A DNA stretch of 63,849 bases, filler included, from Octopus bimaculoides (taxonomy: Eukaryota): the NCBI RefSeq assembly GCF_001194135.2. It is 7 parts of 6 records of this genome, joined end to end, with 100 filler letters (N's around TTAATTAATTAA, not from the genome) between each part and the next. Parts side by side here need not be neighbours in the genome. Positions count along the whole stretch, not along the records: positions 53,212 to 56,932 come from NC_069007.1; positions 57,033 to 60,945 come from NW_026316512.1; positions 61,046 to 63,849 come from NC_069010.1; 4 more parts are not named here. One strand, given 5' to 3'. The position numbers and the translations under genes were made by a program. Of the stretch, positions 53,759 to 63,849 are shown one piece after another (within the stretch, counting starts at the first letter, position 1; each line of letters opens with the position of its first letter). The notes under the pieces are model-generated. The model was not told where the DNA came from and did not search any database. It saw nothing but the letters and a program-made list of their open reading frames with translations.

Positions 53759-53868
53759 TGTGTGTGTGGGTATACATGTATATATATATANNNNNNNNNN
53801 NNNNNNNNNNNNNNNNNNNNNNNNNNNNNNNNNNNNNNNNNNNNNNNNNNNNNNNNNNNNNNNNNNNN

Positions 53869-53914
<46 letters not shown>

Positions 53915-54098
53915 GCTCATATGTATTCTTATGTATATACATACATATACGTAACTATGAATGCATGTAGCTAAGTACCGGCCTGGATGCTTCATACATG
54001 CGTACAGATACACACACAGACATAGACAGATAGATATATCGATAGAGTCTGTTGACTCTGACAGAAAGATAGATTGATAAACAAACAGATATATATGA

Positions 54099-54139
<41 letters not shown>

Positions 54140-54165
54140 GGTTCAAAAAAAGGAAAAAGACGTAT

Positions 54166-54196
<31 letters not shown>

Positions 54197-55589
54197 CATA
54201 CATACATAGACAGATAGATAAATATATAGATATATGCATATATGACTTTATACATACACGCAAACACACAACACCTAAACAAATATTTCCTGTAAGCAGT
54301 ATTCAAGAAACCTTATGCCCAGCCTATGAGATATGACAGCGGTGACTGCTTTATCCAATAGCAACAGATAAAGCGCCATAGACGATCAACGAATTACGTC
54401 TATACAGAGAAGACGGCAGTTATTTCGTCTTTCTAAATGGAATACATTAACTGTTGCAAAAGGAACCGACGATAAATGAATAAAACTACTGTCAATAGGC
54501 AGTATATCTCGTATATCTTGAACATGTATATATGCACAAACCCCTCGTTTATAATGAAATGAATTGAATGATGCATTACAATTTATGCATGTGTATATAT
54601 ATATATATATANNNNNNNNNNNNNNNNNNNNNNNNNNNNNNNNNNNNNNNNNNNNNNNNNNNNNNNNNNNNNNNNNNNNNNNNNNNNNNNNNNNNNNNNN
54701 NNNNNNNNNNNAGTAGTAGTAGTATCAGTACCGAAAAGTAAAATGTATCTCCTACGTAAAGTGTCTTGTTAGAACCCTGCGTTATTTACCCCCGAGAGGA
54801 CCCCTTATATGAACTCGTGGTGCATATCTTTATCAGAGTACAAATGCGTTTTGTAGATTCTGCTTTCTGACAAGCAAAACCCCCTAATTTACTACATTTC
54901 TCTTGCATTCCTCGAGTAGTGAGTTTCCATAAATCAATGCAAAATGAAGAAATGAATGAAGGGATTTCATTTAAAAAAAAACAACAACTTATGCATCCTT
55001 TGTTCGATTTCTCTCATCAATGTAGCTTATCCTTCGGCGATACATATACACAGCATAGAACTATCTACATTTCTTGTTAAGCACAACTATATCCACTTCC
55101 TCTATTCCTTTCCTATCTAAAATGCATCGAGCAAGGATGTACTAACTTTTGCACTACACAACGTCCATATACTATCTTTCTTCTTGGTCTGGTTGACGTC
55201 AGCAGAGTTTAATAGGATTTGCTTCGATTGCAAAAAACAAAATGTTATTGATGGTAGTATTATCGTCATTGCTATTCCGACATTTTCTTTACTAATTTTT
55301 TTCCCCATTTAAATTAATATTTTTAACATAATTCTGTAATAATCATTCATTTGAGCGAATACATGATCTGTCTGCACCATTTTCATCTTTTCTTTTTATT
55401 AAAAAAACATTCAGTCGTTTAAAAATAAAGAAGGTCAAATTTCCTCATACGCTGAAATGTGATAATTTTGCTTACAGTAAGATCACACTTTGCAATGGTG
55501 GTGTGGGTGTCTCATCGATTGATAAATAGCTGTTGGATAACAATAGCTAATAGTTTGGTAATAGCTTAAAGTAGGATATCCCTGAAAAC

Positions 55590-56290
55590 GATGTCATGAT
55601 CATGAATAATAATAGGTAAGTTTTAGTGTTCACAGACATGTGATAAATAACCTTGTGAGAATAGTTAGCAATGAGATATCAGTGAGATAATTAGTTATAG
55701 TATGATAATAAAAGTTATAATAGCTAGCAGTGAGATAATAGCTATCAATATAACTCTGATAACAATGAGTTAATATTTACTAATGATATATACAGCTGAA
55801 TTATATATCATGGACAGGTGATATATCGCCGTGTGATAATAGTTAGCGATGAAATAATAGCAAACAGTGAGATAGTAGATTATAGAGTGATAATAGGTGT
55901 TATTACAAAAGCTAGCACTAAATATTATCTAAGAATGAGAGCAAAGTGAAAATAAAGTTGAATTAATGTTTCACAGATATTAAGGTTTCACAGGCAAGGC
56001 GCCAAATAGCCGTGTGATAACAGCTATCAATGAGATAATAGCGAAGCTTCCAGTGTTTGCTAATAGCTCTATATCATATATAAAATTGAGTTAATGGCTG
56101 ATAGACTTGTGATAAATAACCGTGTGATAATAGCCATGAGTATGCTAGTAGTTGTCAGTGAGATAAAAGCTCTGTGTGATAATAGCCAAGAGTGAGATAA
56201 TTGTTCAGAAACAGATAATAGTGATAACATTCAAATGATAGATAACAGGAAGAACAGGAAGATGGTAAGTCTAACAATGAGTTTAATGGT
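55590..56290. repeat. Degenerate minisatellite based on (G)TGATAATAG / GAGATAAT units
   Basis: More than 15 variants of gtgataatag/gtgagataat(ag) visible across ~700 bp. Confidence 0.75.
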
Positions 56291-59200
56291 AGCTGTGAAA
56301 TACGTAGAGGGTACGTCAAAACCACCTTCCGTATTATACACGAACATTAGTGTGGGGCTCGTGAGGTTCGGCAAATTTTAATGGTGGCTTAGTGTTGCTA
56401 ATACTTTGTTTCTTTTTAAGGCGACGAGTTGACAGGATCGTTAGCAAGCCGGGCAAATTGCTTAGCAACATTTCGTTCGTCTTTGCGTTCTGAGTTCAAA
56501 TTCCACTAAGGTCTACTTTGCCTTTCATTCTTTCGGGGGTCGATAAATTAAGTACCAGTTGAACACTGGGCCAGCCTTGTCACACTCTGTGTCACGCCGA
56601 ATCTCCCCGAGAACTACGTTAAGGGTTTACGTGTCTGTGGAGTGCTCAGCCACTTGCACGTTGATTTCACGAGCAGGCTGTTCCGTTGATCGGGTCAAAC
56701 TGGAACCCTCGCCGTCGTAAGCGACGGAGTGCCAACCAAAATACCTTATTTACAACACAAGCAATACGAATGTAAATTCCTGAATCCGTATTTCCGGACA
56801 GAATTTCAGCCAAATGACAGCGAAAACCGAAAAGAGAAAAGAGAAAACAACAGTAAGAAAATAAAAAGAAAAAAAAAAACAGCAAAAGTGAAATGTCGAA
56901 ACTCGAACTTCCAACCCTTTCGTTTCCTCACANNNNNNNNNNNNNNNNNNNNNNNNNNNNNNNNNNNNNNNNNNNNTTAATTAATTAANNNNNNNNNNNN
57001 NNNNNNNNNNNNNNNNNNNNNNNNNNNNNNNNTTGAGAATAATAATACATCATCTACTCAGCCATAAAACTGGTGTATGCAGATTATTAAAATATATTTA
57101 ATGTATCACTCATTGAAATATTGAAAAATATAAATAATTTACAGATACATAAATATATAAAANNNNNNNNNNNNNNNNNNNNNNNNNNNNNNNNNNNNNN
57201 NNNNNNNNNNNNNNNNNNNNNNNNNNNNNNNNNNNNNNNNNNNNNNNNNNNNNNNNNNNNNNNNNNNNNNNNNNNNNNNNNNNNNNNNNNNNNNNNNNNN
57301 NNNNNNNNNNNNNNNNNNNNNNNNNNNNNNNNNNNNNNNNNNNNNNNNNNNNNNNNNNNNNNNNNNNNNNNNNNNNNNNNNNNNNNNNNNNNNNNNNNNN
57401 NNNNNNNNNNNNNNNNNNNNNNNNNNNNNNNNNNNNNNNNNNNNNNNNNNNNNNNNNNNNNNNNNNNNNNNNNNTTTAAAAGTGTAAATACACGGGAAAA
57501 GGTGAATACAGAAATGTTTAAGCATCCCGTATATGAGATGTGAAACCTTAACTAATACATTCCCCGCGATGAAAGAGGCAGTGTCTCAAATTTGGATATG
57601 GATATCCTTTATCTGTATGGATTACTGTACGCTTGAAACGGCCGTCGGAGTATCACCACTTCCTTCTTGAAATTGGAGTACCACCATCTAATAATTGGGA
57701 ATTTTACCTTCCATCTAAACATTTCTTGATTCACTTTTTCGCGAGGATTTACTGTTGTATTTTAAATATCATTTTAATGTTTTTAACGTATATGTAGGAT
57801 AGTGTTTCAACACATACGTTTTAAGATGCTAATATATCTTTATACAGTATAATTTTTCTACACATATTCTTATCTCTTAAAAATGAGTTAGTTGTACACT
57901 TATTGTATCTTCCTATTTATTTCACTTCATTTATTTTCATTTAATTGATTAATTAATAATTTACTTATATATTTATTTTATTTTATTATTATATGCAGTT
58001 ATGTTTATAATCATTAAAACTTTATACATTTTATATGCATATTGTTATTTATATTATATCTTATACTCTTCCCACAATATGTAAAGATATATATTTTCAT
58101 CTAAAACTAATTTTATCTCGCCACTTTATGTATCTTGATTTATTTATTTATTTACTGAGCTAAAATATGTAAAATATATATATTAATTTTATATGTTTGT
58201 ATATCTAAAATTTTTATTCACTTAATGTTTGTACAACATTACTACATATACTTACCTCCTCTTGACTGTTATTTTTTACTTATATAGAATATCATTGCTA
58301 TAAACTAAAATTTTCATTCGCCTAGATATAAGCGACTTTAACCCTTTAATTGATTTATATTTATAACATCTTATATAGGCTCTTATCTCATTTCTTTTCT
58401 TTCTTTTTCACTTATCTATATTTCAATAGTACATATGTTATTTTGTCCCTTAAACCGTAATATAACTATAATATTTTTCTTTGATCTAAGATATCTACTT
58501 CCACCTAATAACTATAGCATTTCATTTATGCTATTTTTCTATTTCTCTTCCTCTCTGTATTTTCTCCATATAAAATTTATATTCTCGTTAATGAATCCAG
58601 TTTGATAGAACGCTCTTTATTTGAAAATTTGACCAATGGACTCTTGCTTATGCCTTTGTTTATGTCTTTAATTGATCAACACAATATTAATTTTAGGGGG
58701 GTTTGACTCTCCTCTACTACAAACATGTATGTATATTAAATATCTATTTATTTATTCATTACTGTATTCGTTTAGTATTCTTTTCTATCTTCATGAACCC
58801 TATTTGAAATTAAGTATGCTCCTAAGCTTGAGATAATAAATAATGTTTTAGCACTAATACATACACTCTTAATTCCTTATAAATGCTTCAGGTTCTCATG
58901 TATATATATGTTTTCATATATATATAAATTTTACATAAATTGTAGCACGTTTTTTACTCATAATTAATTATTTGTATTTATTATACATCTGCGTGTAGAC
59001 ATAAGTTTATATTTGCGTAATAACAGAATTCTTATTTGCCTATTTACTTCTATATCCATTATTATTTTACTATATTCCTGTTGTATTTTTCTNNNNNNNN
59101 NNNNNNNNNNNNNNNNNNNNNNNNNNNNNNNNNNNNNNNNNNNNNNNNNNNNNNNNNNNNNNNNNNNNNNNNNNNNNNNNNNNNNNNNNNNNNNNNNNNN

Positions 59201-61049
59201 NNNNNNNNNNNNNNNNNNNNNNNNNNNNNNNNNNNNNNNNNNNNNNNNNNNNNNNNNNNNNNNNNNNTTACATATTTACACTTTTGTACTTACATTTTTA
59301 CATATTTACACTTTTGTACTTACATATTTACATATTTACATATTCATACACCTTAATTACTTAAATACTTAACTATTTTAAATATATTTACCCTATTTAT
59401 TCTTCATAATTAATTATAGGTTAATTAAAAGATTAATTAATACATTGTTTATTTTATACTTTTAATAACTCCCCATAATATATACTATATTACTTAAATT
59501 CTTGTCAATACATTCAGAATTACTTTTATTTGATACTTAAATATATTTTATACAGATATACGCTTTATTACTATATTTTATTCTTCGTTTCCTTTTTATA
59601 ACTTCTCTACACATACTAACTGCCCCCCTTGTAAGGTTTATACCGTGTTCTTTCTATAAAACATTAATCAGCTAGTGAATACGCTCCTAACACTCAACAC
59701 ACAAAAATATGAAAATGATGTAATGGTATATCTTTTTCTACCTCCGATAAGATTCAACTTTATAATGTTTTTAATTCTACTCATTAATTTCTGAAGTTTT
59801 GAATCAAAAACGCTGTCAGGCATGTTATCTACTGTTGTAAGTAATAAACATTTATCAATTTAATTATCTCTATTTTCTCATTTCTTAAATATATATAAAC
59901 TCTGGTTTATCTAATTATCTTACNNNNNNNNNNNNNNNNNNNNNNNNNNNNNNNNNNNNNNNNNNNNNNNNNNNNNNNNNNNNNNNNNNNNNNNNNNNNN
60001 NNNNNNNNNNNNNNNNNNNNNNNNNNNNNNNNNNNNNNNNNNNNNNNNNNNNNNNNNNNNNNNNNNNNNNNNNNNNNNNNNNNNNNNNNNNNNNNNNNNN
60101 NNNNNNNNNNNNNNNNNNNNNNNNNNNNNNNNNNNNNNNNNNNNNNNNNNNNNNNNNNNNNNNNNNNNNNNNNNNNNNNNNNNNNNNNNNNNNNNNNNNN
60201 NNNNNNNNNNNNNNNNNNNNNNNNNNNNNNNNNNNNNNNNNNNNNNNNNNNNNNNNNNNNNNNNNNNNNNNNNNNNNNNNNNNNNNNNNNNNNNNNNNNN
60301 NNNNNNNNNNNNNNNNNNNNNNNNNNNNNNNNNNNNNNNNNNNNNNNNNNNNNNNNNNNNNNNNNNNNNNNNNNNNNNNNNNNNNNNNNNNNNNNNNNNN
60401 NNNNNNNNNNNNNNNNNNNNNNNNNNNNNNNNNNNNNNNNNNNNNNNNNNNNNNNNNNNNNNNNNNNNNNNNNNNNNNNTACATTCAACTGTCATGCACT
60501 AGATATTATATATATATATGTGTGTATATGTGTGTGTGTATAAATGTATATGTGTGTGTTTGTGTTGTATGCACACACACACACACATGCACACACAAAC
60601 ACACACACAGAAACAAACACANNNNNNNNNNACACACACACACACATGCACACACAAACACACACACAGAAACAAACACACACATATATATATTTCAAGG
60701 TGGTAAACGATACTCAAGTGGTGGTAAGACAGACAACCCCTATTAATGAATTCTTATAATGATCATTTGCTTTTATATAAGGTAGAAAATATTTTAGTGA
60801 GTAAACACACGCGGTGGATATATNNNNNNNNNNGAGAAAGAGAAAAGATGAAAAAACACAGAAGATTTGTTTTTCAGGATTTAAGAGTATATTAGAGTCA
60901 TGAGAATAAAGATATACAATTTTGTACAAACTAAGGTTTTGTTCTNNNNNNNNNNNNNNNNNNNNNNNNNNNNNNNNNNNNNNNNNNNNTTAATTAATTA
61001 ANNNNNNNNNNNNNNNNNNNNNNNNNNNNNNNNNNNNNNNNNNNNTAGA

Positions 61050-61890
61050 TTGCTACAAAGTTTTTCAATTGGGTTCATGTCAGGAGATTGGCTCGGCGGC
61101 CAAGGAAGCTTTTTGATCCCATTTTCAGTCATTCATTTTTATTGCTTTTCGCTGTGTGGTTTGGAGCCCAATCTTCATGAATAAAAACGCATTTTTCGTT
61201 ATGTTATTGTGTGAATACATCGGAAGTAGTCCCTGCTTAAGTATTTCGATGTATTTTTCAGAGTTTATGGTTCCAACACATTCAATCAGTTCAGAACAAC
61301 CATTGCTGGTGACAGCTCCCCATACCGTTACAGAGATATCGCTGTGTTTCACAGTTGGTTGGAGTCGTTTCCAATCAAATCATTGAATGGGAAGCCTCCA
61401 GACCCAAACACGTCCACTATCTGAAAATAATGCAAATCTGGATTCATCTGAGAAAATTACTCCATCCCAAAATGAACTGGATTTTTTTGACGTCTCCTTA
61501 TCCCATTTATTTCTTTTCGTGATATTAATTGGTTGAAGGAATGGCTTTCTTCTAGCTGCTAGTCCATAATACCCAAGCTTATGGAGATATGTAAACAAAC
61601 GTTCTTGGACTAACTTCTAGCTGTGTTGCAATGTCAGAAGCCTTCGAACGGGGTTCGTTTTCTACAATTCTCTCAAACATCGAAGCTTCCTTTCCGAGAG
61701 CCCAGGTCGGCCGGGACGAGAATCTGTTGATTCTTTTCCTTGGCTTTTGGATTGCAGTTGAATTGAAGATTTTCGGCAATTTTTCGATGGGTAAGATCAG
61801 CCAAAAATTTCCAAACAAAACGACCACTTTGAAATTCTTACAGTTCTATACCGCTGAAAACATATTAAGACGTTTAGATAAAAAATTCTG
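61050..61890 (-). mobile_element. Decayed Tc1-family transposon
   Basis: [14 protein letters not shown]...[25 protein letters not shown]...LQPTVKH..VTVWGAVTSNG, with stops and frameshifts. Confidence 0.9.
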
Positions 61891-62279
61891 AAAATTAAAG
61901 GTGTCTATTTACTTCCTGCTTGTCTGCGAATACACACATACACACACACACACACACANNNNNNNNNNNNNNNNNNNNNNNNNNNNNNNNNNNNNNNNNN
62001 NNNNNNNNNNNNNNNNNNNNNNNNNNNNNNNNNNNNNNNNNNNNNNNNNNNNNNNNNNNNNNNNNNNNNNNNNNNNNNNNNNNNNNNNNNNNNNNNNNNN
62101 NNNNNNNNNNNNNNNNNNNNNNNNNNNNNNNNNNNNNNNNNNNNNNNNNNNNNNNNNNNNNNNNNNNNNNNNNNNNNNNNNNNNNNNNNNNNNNNNNNNN
62201 NNNNNNNNNNNNGCATCACACAGATTGGGACAAATTTGTGACAAAGTTGTGAAGTGTTACAGCAGCGTTGCCCACCACC

Positions 62280-62397
62280 CGTGCTGGAAGCTCGTGGAGC
62301 TATTCGTGTTTTCGCTCAATAAACACTCACAACGCCGGGTGTGGGAATCCAAACCGCGAGTCCGCTGCTCTAACCACTGGCCCATTGCGCCTCCACA
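62280..62397 (-). mobile_element. tRNA-headed SINE head
   Basis: Reverse complement reads tggaggcgcaatgggccagtggttagagcagcggactcgcggtttggattcccacac. Confidence 0.7.
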
Positions 62398-62689
62398 CGC
62401 ACACACACACACATCTATCTATATATATATATACTTAGTGTATGGTAGATGAGTTCAGCAAAAATTTAGATTCAGTTTGAATATGGTACTTAAGTTTAGG
62501 CACCGGAATTTAGTAAGGTATTTATCCATTCAATTTCAAAGTAAGGTGATTAAAATCTGCATTACCTCTGGATATCCCTGTTACTTATTTTGATTATATA
62601 TATATATATATATATATAGTATATACAAATATATGCAGGTATATATATGAGATAATAGTTTCAATATTAATAGTGAAATATTAAAACTC

Positions 62690-62960
62690 AAATTATTATT
62701 TCACATTACAATAGAGATGTTATTGTTTCATTTTGAATACGTAATACTGAAATAGTGTAGGAGATAAGAGATTTCTCAGGGCTCGAGTTAGGCAAGAAGT
62801 TAAAAATGTTTTGGCTCATGACACTGCATGGACCCTATGTAAGGCATGTGTAAAATTTGTATGAAATCGGTTGAGTAGTTCTCGACTTTGAGAGAGGCAA
62901 ACACACATACAGACAGACACGCAGACAGAAACACATTCTCAGTTTTTATACATATATATA
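62690..62960 (+). mobile_element. Possible Helitron/Helentron-type non-autonomous element 3' part
   Basis: aaatttgtatgaaatcggttgagtagttctcg followed by a (GACA)-like tract and ttctcagtttttatacata, an architecture seen in DINE/Lep1-like elements. Confidence 0.35.
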
Positions 62961-63565
62961 CGACAGGGAATAATCTTTGTCTCTTTTTATGGAAACAAAA
63001 AAGGCTTATAGGACTGCAAAAAAGAGGTACTCAAATGTAATTGATACAGAGATAAAGAAACATTAATCATAGAACAAACATGAAATTCGAGTCAACCACT
63101 TTATATATATAACACCATACCTCAGACATTTGATCATATATAAATATTACCATATAATCATTTCGGAACTCCTGAAATGGCCATAGATGTGTTTCAATTG
63201 ATTTTGTGGAACTCTTTTTGTTCCTGGACTCTAACCTAACATGTTTGTAAGAATTTAACTTTTTGGACGTTCTCTTGTGTGAAGGGAGTAAAACAAACTT
63301 TTTAAAAAATATTTTAATCGATTGATATTTTATTTTACCTTTGTATATATTTCTATTTTATTCGCATATATATTTTTACCTTTTGTGTTTTTTGTATATG
63401 TATATATTTATATGTTTAGAACCATAGTAATATTTATATATCAACAAATGTTTGAGGTATGGTGTCATATACAAACTCGTTGACTCGAATTTGATGTTTG
63501 TTCTATGGTCAATGTCTATATGGTGGTTGTCTACTCCTTAAACAGAGTTTGACCACCTCCTGCAC

Positions 63566-63849
63566 CTACACCTTAGCCCTTTCATGGCGTCTGATGTGGC
63601 TTTTTAAACCAGACAGTGTTTTGAAAAAACACCCACACAGATTGCACCTCTGATTTGCACTACCAACACCTGCAAGTAAGTTCTGCTCATTGTGGATCCT
63701 AACATGTCTTTTAAGACCCCCATTGGATTTGCAAACCCTCTGGCACACACCACATTCAAACGTGTGCACAGACATATAATCAGAATAGCTGGATGAGGTT
63801 TGTTTTCCATGGGTTCGCAGGTGAGATTTGAGGCCAGCCAAGGACAGAC
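63566..63849 (-). CDS. 3' end of an ORF with tandem C2H2 zinc fingers, probably a LINE (RTE-type) ORF2 C-terminus; runs off the window edge
   Basis: LAGLKSHLRTH, CGVCQRVCKSNGGLKRHVRIH and CNLCGCFFKTLSGLKSHIRRH, with no TGEKP linkers. The stop is followed by a short GGTGGT...ACCACC stem typical of LINE 3' tails. Confidence 0.6.
   Translation of the reverse strand, partial: LSLAGLKSHLRTHGKQTSSSYSDYMSVHTFECGVCQRVCKSNGGLKRHVRIHNEQNLLAGVGSANQRCNLCGCFFKTLSGLKSHIRRHERAKV

Noticed and set aside
55117-55308. 63-aa - strand ORF with a hydrophobic N-terminal stretch
   Set aside because: Short, with no splice or homology support; expected by chance.
57560-57760. - strand text VIHTDKGYPY resembling an integrase/transposase motif
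   Set aside because: A single short motif interrupted by stops, with no other catalytic motifs nearby.
60560-60690. Direct repeat on both sides of a 10-N gap
   Set aside because: Most likely an unmerged contig overlap (assembly artefact).

Overview
Eukaryotic, AT-rich, microsatellite-dense draft-assembly DNA. Its SINE, MITE and LINE repertoire looks to me like an octopus (Octopus sp.) genome; this is pattern recognition, not a database result. Six 100-bp artificial joins (44N-TTAATTAATTAA-44N) cut the window into seven segments whose adjacency is not guaranteed. Nearly all ORFs in the supplied track are microsatellite or N-gap artefacts. One host gene is well supported: two consecutive + strand exons (44961-45120, 46367-46441) of a class-III PLP aminotransferase of the ETNPPL/PHYKPL (AGXT2L1/2) type. 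A second, unidentified - strand gene appears to end at 769-1687, and there are weaker exon candidates elsewhere. The rest is a dense set of decayed mobile elements: tRNA-headed SINEs, RTE LINE fragments, Penelope-like (RT + GIY-YIG) fragments, Tc1 (DD34E), mariner and maT (DD37D) remnants, and MITEs. The most interesting observations are: two minimal hammerhead-ribozyme motifs; a Merlin-like MITE with a perfect 8-bp TSD carrying internal telomeric (CCCTAA)n; a clean two-switch templated duplication (A-M'-A...M) plus two similar local copies; a ~300-bp near-perfect foldback; and a triple-C2H2 ORF end that looks LINE-derived. I found no convincing evidence of a wholly new multi-gene system.
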